A model generated the notes under the pieces. That model worked only from the letters and a program-made list of their open reading frames with translations, searched no databases and had not been told where the DNA came from. Position numbers and translations under genes: made by a program. A DNA stretch of 64,000 bases from Candidatus Dormibacteria bacterium (GTDB lineage: Bacteria; Chloroflexota; Dormibacteria; Aeolococcales; Aeolococcaceae). Shown piece after piece: positions 47,380-56,347 of this stretch. The DNA is taken from contig JBOHUD010000064.1 in NCBI GenBank assembly GCA_050734155.1, positions 68,801 to 132,800 on the forward strand, given 5' to 3'. Position 1 is the first letter of the stretch. The number at the start of each line of letters is the position of its first letter.

Positions 47380-48930
47380 TCATCCTGCCGCCGCGTAAGC
47401 CAGGAAACTCTGCGTTCTGACACCCAGCAGGCGGCGCAGCAAACCCACACCGGCGGCTGCAACGGCCAATACCGCAAGTGGCGTCAGTGAGAACACCAAG
47501 GTGTGGAAGGGCCAGACCATCGGCAGAATCGCCATGCCGACCAGACTGCAGGCGGCCAGCTGGGAGTAAGCGTGATCCCCTCCACCATGCAACATGACAG
47601 CAGCGGCCGCCAAGCCGAAGGCAATGCCGGATGGCGCCCAGAGCAGGAAGGCCGCGATGAGTCCGAGGCAAACCACCAAGGCCCACCCGACGTCGCGCTG
47701 GCGCATCGTCCCCGCGTCGGCACCCAAAACGAGCGCGAGCAGAGGAAACAGGAGGACGTCGTCGTTGGGGTGTGCGTACGGCGTGGCAACCAGCCAGATC
47801 GCCATCCCCAGGCCGACCCCAAGTGCCACCCGCGTAGTAGAGGGGAGCGCCTGGGCTCGGCGGCTGATCATCCAGAAGAGAGCGAACCCCACCGTCGTGG
47901 CCGCACCGGCGAGGGTCACGACCACGCCGGCGACTCCGCCTCCGGGCAGGTGCTCGAACATTCCGGGCAGGCCGGAAAGATCTGGTTGCGTCGTCCCGAT
48001 GCGGCTTGCGAAGCTGAAGAGGTGTCCAACGAAGGCGCGGGTGGCGCCTGGCATCAGCAGCTCACCGCCGAGAACACACGCCATCACGGTCGTCGCGGCA
48101 GCGACAACACAATGCCATGCAGCCCGTCGATCGGGGTACTGTGATGCCGCGATCAGCAACGGCAGCGGCCACAGGATGTGGGGCTTCACCAGAGCAGCCG
48201 ACATGCACAGCGCGCCGGCCGCGGCCGGATGTCTGCGCAGGGCGAGCGCCATTGCACCGATGAGCGCAGCCAGCAGCAGCAGGTCGAACTGGCCGCTGAA
48301 CACCCCCAGCAACGCCGGCCAAGAGAGCAGCGCAAAGGCGCTCCATCTGACCGTGCACCGCCACCCCCATCGGCGCAGCCAAGCTCGCAGCGCGACTCCA
48401 GCTGCGAGAAGCCCGAGCAAGCCCGACAGCGCGTAACTGGTCCAGAAGGGCAGCACGGTCATGGGCTGGAGAATCCAGGCGACCAGGGGAAGGTTCGCGA
48501 AATCGTCCAGGGACGGTTGCACCGCCGGATACGTGTCGGCCGTCTGTTCAGCCGCATGGATGAGCGCCGGATCGTACGGGCTGCCTCCGTGCTGGACCAC
48601 CACGGCGGCGCCGTAGAACACGCGCCAGTCATCCGCGAGACCGTATGACCGCGCCGGGAACATCCGCGACGTGGCGAACGCGGCGAAGACGACCACGATG
48701 ACGGCGAGGGCCCCGAGCATGAGCCTTGGCTCTGGCCGGCGCCAGGTTCGATCCGAGCCCCCTTGGTGCGTTTGGGCAGCGCGCAACAGGCCGGTCACCC
48801 GAACGATGTTAGCCACGGATTGCGCACCCGCTGATCTCCGGGCTGTGACAGATTTGCCCCGGCGCCCTTCGCCATTGCGATGGCCGTGTGCGAGAGGCGT
48901 CGCCCTGTGCCGACGACGCCGGAGCTGCAC
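47380..48930 (-). CDS. Polytopic membrane protein, DUF2029/GT87-like (mannosyltransferase-like)
   Basis: Many TM helices; start probably at ATG 48720 (MLGALAV...). Confidence 0.5.
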   Translation of the reverse strand: MQLRRRRHRATPLAHGHRNGEGRRGKSVTARRSAGAQSVANIVRVTGLLRAAQTHQGGSDRTWRRPEPRLMLGALAVIVVVFAAFATSRMFPARSYGLADDWRVFYGAAVVVQHGGSPYDPALIHAAEQTADTYPAVQPSLDDFANLPLVAWILQPMTVLPFWTSYALSGLLGLLAAGVALRAWLRRWGWRCTVRWSAFALLSWPALLGVFSGQFDLLLLAALIGAMALALRRHPAAAGALCMSAALVKPHILWPLPLLIAASQYPDRRAAWHCVVAAATTVMACVLGGELLMPGATRAFVGHLFSFASRIGTTQPDLSGLPGMFEHLPGGGVAGVVVTLAGAATTVGFALFWMISRRAQALPSTTRVALGVGLGMAIWLVATPYAHPNDDVLLFPLLALVLGADAGTMRQRDVGWALVVCLGLIAAFLLWAPSGIAFGLAAAAVMLHGGGDHAYSQLAACSLVGMAILPMVWPFHTLVFSLTPLAVLAVAAAGVGLLRRLLGVRTQSFLAYAAAG

Positions 48931-49181
48931 TGACGTGGCAAGGACGAGGCGCTACCCTGCGCCCTCGATGGCGAAGGCAGCCCGTGTCCGGCGCTCGAGC
49001 GCGACGGCTGGATCGAGCGTCGGCGAGTCGGCTGGCATCGCGTGCTGGTGAAAGGGGACAGCCAGAGGATCTGGGCGTACCCATGACGGCGCGGACCTCG
49101 GCGGTCCGGCGATGGCGAGGGTCGCCAAGGACTACGGGTACACCCTCGCTGAACTGCGCAGGCTACAGGGGCGACCAGAAC

Positions 49182-49463
49182 ATGAGCACCACCCTCCGGG
49201 CGGAGTTCCACGAGGAAGATGAGGCCAATAACTGGCACTACCGTGTGCCGGCTCGGCACATCCACGGCGGCGGGACGCGCACACGTGAGGAGGCCGAACG
49301 GGAGTGCCTGGAAGCGATTGCCTTCGCTCTGCAGGGGGATCCGAGCGCGTACGACAGCGAGGCCGTCGCCGTCACCCTCGATGTGTCGGTAGCCCCGCCG
49401 CCTGACAGGACAGACGTCCGCGCCACTCCAGGTTGGCCGTACCACCAACTTCGGCGGATTTGA
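49182..49463 (+). CDS. HicB-like antitoxin domain protein
   Basis: EFHEEDEANNWHYRVPARHIHGGGTRTREEAERECLEAIAFAL matches the HicB/UPF0150 fold pattern. Confidence 0.5.
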   Translation: MSTTLRAEFHEEDEANNWHYRVPARHIHGGGTRTREEAERECLEAIAFALQGDPSAYDSEAVAVTLDVSVAPPPDRTDVRATPGWPYHQLRRI

Positions 49464-49478
49464 GTTCCTGGAGGTTGT

Positions 49479-49555
49479 TGGTCGGGGCGGCCGGATTCGA
49501 ACCGGCGACCCCCTGCTCCCAAAGCAGGTGCGCTACCGGGCTGCGCCACGCCCCG
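49479..49555 (-). tRNA. tRNA-Pro (anticodon TGG), CCA encoded
   Basis: CGGGGCG acceptor pairing with CGCCCCG-A-CCA; anticodon loop CTTTGGGAG; T-loop GTTCGAATC. Confidence 0.85.
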
Positions 49556-49614
49556 ACGCGCCCAGAGCATAGGCGGCGAGCGCAGGCGCTGCTGGCGCCC
49601 CCACACTGTCGCCC

Positions 49615-50790
49615 GTGGATCTCCTCGACGCCATCATCGTGCTCCTGGTCGTGGCCGCGCTGGTCTCCGGGTATCGCCGCGGCATCAGTTGGGTGGGACC
49701 GTCGCTGGTGGGACTCGTCGCCGGCATCGTGGTCGGCGCCGCCGCCGCACCGCCCCTGGCGGCCCTGGTCAGCAAGCAGGCCAACGTTCAGCCGCTGGTC
49801 ACATCGGGGGTCTTCCTCGCCATCGTGCTGATCATCCAGGGGATCGGCACCACCGTCGGGTTCCGTGCCCGCGTGCGCAGCCTGCGCACCCGCTTCGCGG
49901 GCCTGGACAGCGCCCTGGGCTCGCTCCTGGCCGGGGCCGGCGTGCTGGCGGGCTCGTGGTACCTGGGGTTGACCTTCTCGCAGAGCCCCTGGACTGCGCT
50001 CGACACCCAGATCAGCGGGTCGGCGATCGAGAAGGCCCTGGACGGCGTGGCCCCTCGTCCCCCGGGCTTCCTGGCCACCCTGGAGAACGCCCTGCGCAAC
50101 AGCAGCTTCCCCAATCCGTTCTCGGTGATCGCGCCCCTCGCCCCGCCGCCTGCCGCCATCCCGGCGCTCGTCGACACCCAGGGGATTCGCGCCGCCACGG
50201 CGGTGACCTCCAAGGTGATCGCCTTCGGTTGCGGCGGCGCCGAGGCGGGCTCGGCCTGGCCCATCGGCAACGACGACGTGGTCACCAATGCCCACGTGGT
50301 GGCGGGATCGCAGCACGTCGAGCTCGACACCACCGACGGAGCCACTCACCCGGCGGTCGTGGTACTCTTCGACGCCAACGTCGACGTGGCGGTCCTGCAC
50401 GTCCCCGGCCTCGGCGAGGCCGCTCTCCCCGCCGCGACCGCCGACCCCGCCCAGGGTGTCGTCGGGGCGGCCATCGGTTACCCCGGCGGCCAGAGCGAGC
50501 GCGTGGTCGCCGCCAAGGTGCGCGGCACCGAGAACGCCCGCGGCTACAACATCTACAGCTCCGGGGTGGTCAATCGCGACATCGCGGTGCTGGCCGCGAG
50601 GATCATCCCGGGCAACTCGGGAGGTCCCCTGGTGGACACGGCGGGCGTGGTCCAGGGCCTGGTGTTCGCCGCCAGCACCACCGATCCCACCGAGGGCTAC
50701 GCGCTCACCCTGCCCCAGATCGCCCCCGACCTGGCCGCCGGGCGCGCACACACCGAGGCGGTGTCGACCCAGCAGTGCATCAGCGGCTGA
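49615..50790 (+). CDS. MarP-like membrane-anchored trypsin-type serine protease (CvpA-like N-terminus plus S1 domain)
   Basis: N-terminal 4 TM; catalytic motifs TNAHVV, D, GNSGGP. Confidence 0.75.
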   Translation: MDLLDAIIVLLVVAALVSGYRRGISWVGPSLVGLVAGIVVGAAAAPPLAALVSKQANVQPLVTSGVFLAIVLIIQGIGTTVGFRARVRSLRTRFAGLDSALGSLLAGAGVLAGSWYLGLTFSQSPWTALDTQISGSAIEKALDGVAPRPPGFLATLENALRNSSFPNPFSVIAPLAPPPAAIPALVDTQGIRAATAVTSKVIAFGCGGAEAGSAWPIGNDDVVTNAHVVAGSQHVELDTTDGATHPAVVVLFDANVDVAVLHVPGLGEAALPAATADPAQGVVGAAIGYPGGQSERVVAAKVRGTENARGYNIYSSGVVNRDIAVLAARIIPGNSGGPLVDTAGVVQGLVFAASTTDPTEGYALTLPQIAPDLAAGRAHTEAVSTQQCISG

Positions 50791-50812
50791 CCCGAGCGGC
50801 CACCGCCGCCGC

Positions 50813-52255
50813 TCAGAGCAGGGTGCCGATCAGCGCGATGGCGGCGGCGCCCATGAGAGCGGTCGCGATCCACACCAGGCTGTTGCTCAGCGGCCCGCTG
50901 CGGCGCTCGCCCATGACAGCGCGGTCGCGCGCCAGCAGGGCGATGAGCACCAGGATGGGCGGAGCCACCACGCCGTTGATGATCGCCGTCACCACCAGCG
51001 CCTGGATGGGATCGATGCTGAGGAAGTTCATCAGCAGACCACCGATGATCGCCACCACGATCAACGAGTAGAAGGTGGGCCGATACCGCGCCGGATCGGC
51101 GAGGCTGCCGCTGAAGCCGAAGAACTCCTTGACCGCATAGGCGGCGCTGCCGGTGAGAACCGGGATGGCCAGGAGCCCGGTGCCGATCATGCCCGCGGAG
51201 AAGAGCACGAATGCAAACGGCCCCGCCAGGGGTCGGAGCGCGTCGGCGGCCTGCTGGGCGGTCTGCACGGTGGTGTTGCCCGAGGCGTGGATCACAGTCC
51301 CCGCAGTCAGGATGATGCAGTACATGACGATCTGCGAGAAGAGCATGCCGATGATCACGTCGGTGCGCGCCGCCCGAATCTCCCTCCGGGTCGTGCCGCG
51401 GCGGGAGCGCTCGGTGCCACCACCGGCGGCCTTCATCTCCTCCACCTCGCTCGACGCCTGCCAGAAGAAGAGGTACGGGCTGATCGTCGTTCCCAGGATG
51501 GCCACGACGATGCCGAGAAAGTTCCTGCTGAGCTCGATGTGAGGGATGACGGTGGCCCTCAGCGTCTCGAGCAGGTGCGGGTGGATGACCAGGACGGTGA
51601 CCACGTACGCGAAGAGCGCAAGGGTCAGGAATTTGAAGGTGCGGAAGATGGTGGTGTAGGCGAGGCGCAGCTGCAGGAAACCGATGAGCAAGGCAACCGG
51701 CAGCACCAACCACGCGGGGTGGATGTGGCCACGGCTGAGCAGCCCTCCCGCGGCGGCGACCGCTCCCAGGTCGGCGCCGACATTGATCGTGTTGGCGGCG
51801 AACAGCGCGGCGATGCACATCCCCACCAGCGCGGTGGGAAACTTGCGGCGCAGCGAGGTGCCCAGCCCGACGCCGGTGTGCAGCGCGATGCGCGCGCATG
51901 CCTCCTGCACGGCAACCATCAGTGGGAAGGTGAACAGCGCCAGCCACAGGGTGCCGAGGCCGAACTGGCTGCCCGCCTGCGAGTACGTCCCGATCCCCGA
52001 GGGGTCGTCGTCGGAGGCACCGGTGACCAGCCCGGGTCCGAGGATGCGAAGGACGCCCCTGGGGCCCTGGGCGAGCGCCTCCTCGAGGCTGGTCCTGGCC
52101 GCCGCCGGTCCACCTCTGGTGGATGTTCCGGCGGCCTTTCCTGCCGGCCCGGGAGCGGGGCGCGCCCTGCCTGACGCAGCTCGGGGACGTGCCAGCTCGC
52201 GGAGCGGGTCGGGCTTCTCGTCGGCAGGCTCGACGGGTGCTCTCGTCCGGGCCAT
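50813..52255 (-). CDS. mntH: NRAMP-family divalent metal transporter MntH
   Basis: GPGLVTGASDDDPSGIGTYSQAG Nramp signature. Confidence 0.85.
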   Translation of the reverse strand: MARTRAPVEPADEKPDPLRELARPRAASGRARPAPGPAGKAAGTSTRGGPAAARTSLEEALAQGPRGVLRILGPGLVTGASDDDPSGIGTYSQAGSQFGLGTLWLALFTFPLMVAVQEACARIALHTGVGLGTSLRRKFPTALVGMCIAALFAANTINVGADLGAVAAAGGLLSRGHIHPAWLVLPVALLIGFLQLRLAYTTIFRTFKFLTLALFAYVVTVLVIHPHLLETLRATVIPHIELSRNFLGIVVAILGTTISPYLFFWQASSEVEEMKAAGGGTERSRRGTTRREIRAARTDVIIGMLFSQIVMYCIILTAGTVIHASGNTTVQTAQQAADALRPLAGPFAFVLFSAGMIGTGLLAIPVLTGSAAYAVKEFFGFSGSLADPARYRPTFYSLIVVAIIGGLLMNFLSIDPIQALVVTAIINGVVAPPILVLIALLARDRAVMGERRSGPLSNSLVWIATALMGAAAIALIGTLL

Positions 52256-52311
52256 CGGCAGGATGGTATGCGCGCTGTCACCGAATGCGAGCCCCCCTGG
52301 GCCGTCGCCGA

Positions 52312-52611
52312 TCAGTGGATGAGGCGAACCAATGCCGTGGTGGCCACCGCCACCGCCACCACGACCAGGAATGGAGCGCGGACCAGCACCGCCAGCAACG
52401 CCACCGCCACCCCGGCGACGCGCGCGTCCAATGTCAGCCGGGTGCCGGTGGTGAGCGTCTGCAGCGCGACGAGAGTCGCCAGCAGAGCGATGGGCAGCAG
52501 GTCACTGATGCGCCGCACGCGATGGTCGAGAAGAAACCGGCGAGGCACCGACAGCCCGGCGAGCTTGAGCGCATAGCACCCGACCGACCCGGCAAGCACC
52601 GCCAGCCACAT
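52312..52611 (-). CDS. azlD: AzlD branched-chain amino-acid transport protein
   Basis: 99-aa 3-TM protein adjacent to azlC. Confidence 0.65.
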   Translation of the reverse strand: MWLAVLAGSVGCYALKLAGLSVPRRFLLDHRVRRISDLLPIALLATLVALQTLTTGTRLTLDARVAGVAVALLAVLVRAPFLVVVAVAVATTALVRLIH

Positions 52612-52612
52612 C

Positions 52613-53341
52613 TCAGGCAGCCTCGCGCAGGGCCTGCTCCGCAGGGGGCAGTGGCCTGCTGGAGCGGCTCACCGCCCCGACGACGATCGCCACCAGGGCG
52701 GCGATGAGCACGGGCCCACCGACAGGAAGAAAGGGAACCGTCGCCATCGCCACCGCCGCGGCGACGAGCGCGACCCCCACCGAGGAGCGGGTGTGGACGC
52801 GGGGCGCGAGCAGCGCCAGGAAGGCCGCCGGCGCGGCCGCGTCCAGTCCCACTGAGCGCGGATCGGATAGCGCATGCGCCCCCACCGCGCCGATGAGAGT
52901 GCCCAGATTCCAGAGCGTGTACACGCTGACACCGGTCGCCCAGAAGCCGAGGCGGTTGGCACGATCGCTGTCGCGGCCGAGGCTCATGGCGGTGGTCTCG
53001 TCGATGACCAGCTGCGCGGCCACGAGCTTGCGCGGCCCGTGCACACCGAGCAGCGAAGCCAGCCGCAGCCCGTACAGCGTGTTGCGCAATCCCAGCAGCA
53101 CCGCCGTCGCCGCCCCTGTCAAGGGCGCACCGCCGGAGCCGAGCACGCCCACCAGCGCGTACTGCGAGGCTCCCGTGAACATCACCAGTGAGAGCGCGCA
53201 GGTTTGCAGCACCGAGAAGCCTGCCGCGGCCGCGATCGCTCCGAAGGAGAGTGCGTACGCCCCGGTGGCGATCCCGATGCCGGCGGCGTTGCGCAGCACC
53301 GTGGCGCGAAGAGCGGGCCACGCGGCCGGGGCGGCGTCCAT
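52613..53341 (-). CDS. azlC: AzlC-family branched-chain amino-acid permease
   Basis: AzlC pattern (FTGASQYA...). Confidence 0.7.
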   Translation of the reverse strand: MDAAPAAWPALRATVLRNAAGIGIATGAYALSFGAIAAAAGFSVLQTCALSLVMFTGASQYALVGVLGSGGAPLTGAATAVLLGLRNTLYGLRLASLLGVHGPRKLVAAQLVIDETTAMSLGRDSDRANRLGFWATGVSVYTLWNLGTLIGAVGAHALSDPRSVGLDAAAPAAFLALLAPRVHTRSSVGVALVAAAVAMATVPFLPVGGPVLIAALVAIVVGAVSRSSRPLPPAEQALREAA

Positions 53342-53419
53342 GACCGGGAACGCTAACGGTTGCGACCTCGCACGCAGGTGGCGCAGCGGGCGCCGGTTGT
53401 GGTTGCATCACCGCAACCG

Positions 53420-54385
53420 ATGAGAGCCAGCGCGTCCGCCTCTGCCCGACCCCGCCCTGCGGCGACCAGCGCGCCGCGGCGCCACATCCTCACCCTCCAC
53501 GGGCAGCGGCTCGCCTATCTCGAGGCGGGAGATGGACCGCCGTTGCTGCTGATCCATGGGATCGCGGAGGCGGCGTGGGCCTGGGAGATGATCATGCCGG
53601 CGCTCGCCCGCACCCACCGGGTGATCGCACCTGACCTTCTCGGCCATGGCAGGTCAGCCAAGCCCCGCGGAGACTACTCGCTGGGCAACCACGCCACCCT
53701 GATGCGCGACCTGATGATCTCGCTGGACATCGACCATGCGACGCTCATCGGCCACTCGCTCGGCGGCGGCATCTCCATGCAGTTCGCCTACCAGTATCCA
53801 GAGCGGTGTGAGCGCATGGTGCTGGTCGCCAGCGGAGGCCTCGGCCAGGACGTGACCTTCGTCCTGCGCAGCCTGGGGCTCCCCGGCGCCGACCTGGTGG
53901 CTCCGCTGGTGCTCTCCACCACCACTCGTGACCTGATGCTGGGCACAGCCCGCTGGCTCGGTCGCCGTGGGTTGAAGGCCAGCCCCGCGCAGCTGGCGAT
54001 GTGGCGCGGTTACGAGGGTCTCACCGAGCCCACCACACGAGCGGCGTTCATCGCCACCGTCAGGGCCGTCATCGACCAGCGCGGACAGCGCGTTTCCGCC
54101 CTGGAACGGCTGTACCTGGCGCGCAACATGCCGACCATGCTGGTCTGGGGTGAGAGCGACCGCATCATCCCGGTCAGCCATGCGTACAGCGCACACGAGG
54201 AGATGCCGGGCAGCCGCCTCGAGGTCATCGAGGGCGCCGGCCACTTCGTGCAGCTGGAGAAGCCCGAGCGCGTCGCCGAGCTGATCCTCGACTTTCTTGC
54301 CAGCACCGAGCCGGCCACGCTGTCCACCGCCGACTTGCGCGAGGTTCTCCGTCAGCGCCGGCCCCGGCGCAGGCGGGACTCCTGA
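53420..54385 (+). CDS. Alpha/beta hydrolase
   Basis: HGIAEAAWAWE...GHSLGGGIS nucleophile elbow...GHF; the start may be up to 53360. Confidence 0.65.
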   Translation: MRASASASARPRPAATSAPRRHILTLHGQRLAYLEAGDGPPLLLIHGIAEAAWAWEMIMPALARTHRVIAPDLLGHGRSAKPRGDYSLGNHATLMRDLMISLDIDHATLIGHSLGGGISMQFAYQYPERCERMVLVASGGLGQDVTFVLRSLGLPGADLVAPLVLSTTTRDLMLGTARWLGRRGLKASPAQLAMWRGYEGLTEPTTRAAFIATVRAVIDQRGQRVSALERLYLARNMPTMLVWGESDRIIPVSHAYSAHEEMPGSRLEVIEGAGHFVQLEKPERVAELILDFLASTEPATLSTADLREVLRQRRPRRRRDS

Positions 54386-54642
54386 CCTCGCCGCAACGGG
54401 CGAGCATCAACAGCGCAAGTCGCGCACGACTCTGCCGCGGAGCTACGCCGGCGGCTGCGGTGGCGGAGGCGGTGGTGGACCGTAGCCCGGCGGCTGGCGA
54501 GGACGCGCACGGCGCACCACGGCCCACACGGCGAGCGCCACCACCGCCACCATGATCAGCAGGATCCCCCAGTGTCCCATGCCAACCGTCATGGCAGCAC
54601 TCTACGCCGCCGTCGACCAGGGCATGATCGCCGCAACGGGCC

Positions 54643-55248
54643 TCACCGCGCCTCGGCTGCCAACTGCACTCCCAGGCCGATCATCACCGCCCCGGTTACC
54701 CGCTCCATGTTGCGGCGCACGCGAGGTTTGAGCAGGGTGCCTGCTCGATCGACCGCGACGGCCAATGAGGAGAACCAGATCACGTCGAGGAGCACGATCA
54801 TGGCCGCCATGGCCACGGCATAGGGCAGCACCGGACTGCCTCGGGTGAGGAACTGTGGGAACAGCGCGACGAAGAACAGGGCCAACTTCGGATTCGACAC
54901 GCTGGTGATTAGCCCGGCGCGCCAACCGGCGCGGCCCCGCGGTCGTCCCTCCCGGTGCTTGTCGCCGTCAGGATGGTGGACAAGGGAGCGGATGCCGAGG
55001 ACGACCAGGACGATGGCTCCCCCGATGCGGAGCGCGTCAAAGGCGATCTGGGAGGCGAGGATGAGTGACGACACGCCCAGGGCAGACAGCAGCCCCCAGC
55101 CGAGCACTCCGACGCCGTTGCCCAGCGTGGCCGACATCGCCGCCCGCCGGCCGTCGCGAGCTGCAACCCGCAGGACCATCGCTGTCGCCGGTCCCGGGGT
55201 GAGCGTCACCACCACGGCGATGAGCAAGAACTCGCTGAGCGAACGCAT
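54643..55248 (-). CDS. LysE/RhtB-family amino-acid exporter
   Basis: LysE-family pattern (TPGP..., SNPKLALFF). Confidence 0.75.
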   Translation of the reverse strand: MRSLSEFLLIAVVVTLTPGPATAMVLRVAARDGRRAAMSATLGNGVGVLGWGLLSALGVSSLILASQIAFDALRIGGAIVLVVLGIRSLVHHPDGDKHREGRPRGRAGWRAGLITSVSNPKLALFFVALFPQFLTRGSPVLPYAVAMAAMIVLLDVIWFSSLAVAVDRAGTLLKPRVRRNMERVTGAVMIGLGVQLAAEAR

Positions 55249-55343
55249 TGCCCGAGCGTACAGGCGGCCAGGCCACGCCGCAAGCAGATGCTGCGGCGAG
55301 GATCGTTGTGGTCACAGCCGGGTCGGACGGCCGGCAGGTTGGC

Positions 55344-56139
55344 CTACGCCGTGGCGCTGGCGAGGAATGCATCCAGCGTCGACTGCGCCTGCGCGGCGAC
55401 GGCAAAGTGAAGAAGCTGGGTGCCGTGGTCGGTGCCGGGCAGCAGCAGCAGTTGTTTGTGATGGGACGGACACGCCGCATACATCGCTCTGGCGTCCGCC
55501 GGGTAGAACATGCTGTCGCGAGCATCCATGAACAGGATAGGGATGGCCAGCTGCCTGGCCGCCACCATGGCGTCGTTTCCCTGAAAGAACGATGGACCGA
55601 CAGGCTGGCGACCCGGCGACCACTGGCGAGATGCTCGTCGCCGCCACCAGGGACGCCGTGCCACCCATGGATGCCCCCATCAGCACGATCTGCGTCGCCG
55701 CCTCACTACGAAGCTCAGCTGCGGCGCCGGCAACATCCTCAATGAGATTGTCGCCGAAGTCGAACGCCAGCGCTCGCTTGCCCTGGTCGCGCAGGTGCTC
55801 CGCATAGGACACCCAGCCGCAGAGGTCACCCATGTATTCATGGGCGAGCACCACGCCCACCGCCCCGCTGCCGAACTCGGCCCCGATCACCTGCTCGCCC
55901 CCGCCGCTGAACACCACCTCGCGAGCGTGATCGCTCGGCCTGATGCACACATCGAGAGGCGGTGGGGTCGGAGAGGGGGCGATGCTCGGCGAGGTCTTCG
56001 CCGACGCCGGACGTCCGGCGCTGCCGCACGCCGGCAGGGCACTCAGGGAAAGCAACGCTATGAGAGACAGAAGCGATTGGCGAGCGCGGCCGACGCTCCG
56101 CGCCGCTGCCGTGGTTCTGGATTGGTCCTCACCCCGCAT
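55344..56139 (-). pseudogene. Lipoprotein alpha/beta hydrolase (DLH-like) with a frameshift near 55600-55650
   Basis: Lipobox LSALPACGS; GASMGG nucleophile in the frame of ORF 55312..56220; C-terminal ...LAIPILFMDARDSMFYP...TDHGT in the frame of ORF 55344..55664. Confidence 0.5.
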
Positions 56140-56225
56140 CCCGCAACGATTCCACGAGTATCTCCCCATCGGAGCCGTGGTCGCAGTGGAGGGAGCATGG
56201 CGGCATCGAGTGCAACACACAGAAG

Positions 56226-56309
56226 TGCCGGGAAAGGGAATCGAACCCTTACGCCCTTACGAGCACAGCGCCCTGAACGCTGCGTGTCTACCAGTTCCAC
56301 CACCCCGGC
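56226..56309 (-). tRNA. tRNA-Leu (anticodon CAG), long variable arm
   Basis: GCCGGGG acceptor; D-arm GTGGAACTGGTAGACAC; anticodon loop TTCAGGG; extra arm; T-loop GGTTCGATTCC. Confidence 0.85.
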
Positions 56310-56347
56310 GCGTGACGGCGGTCACCGATCCTAGCAAGTGCACCGGG

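Noticed and set aside
46328-47686. 452-aa minus ORF
   Set aside because: The N-terminal two-thirds is Arg/Pro/Gly-rich GC artefact. A coherent protein starts at MTVLV (46978).
48795-49448. 217-aa minus ORF antisense to the HicB-like gene
   Set aside because: Arg/Ser/Pro-rich, with no motifs. The plus-strand HicB-like ORF has the recognisable fold pattern.
52256-52311. Mn-riboswitch (yybP-ykoY) upstream of mntH
   Set aside because: Only 56 nt separate the mntH start from the azlD stop, too short for the riboswitch. mntH is probably co-transcribed with azlCD.
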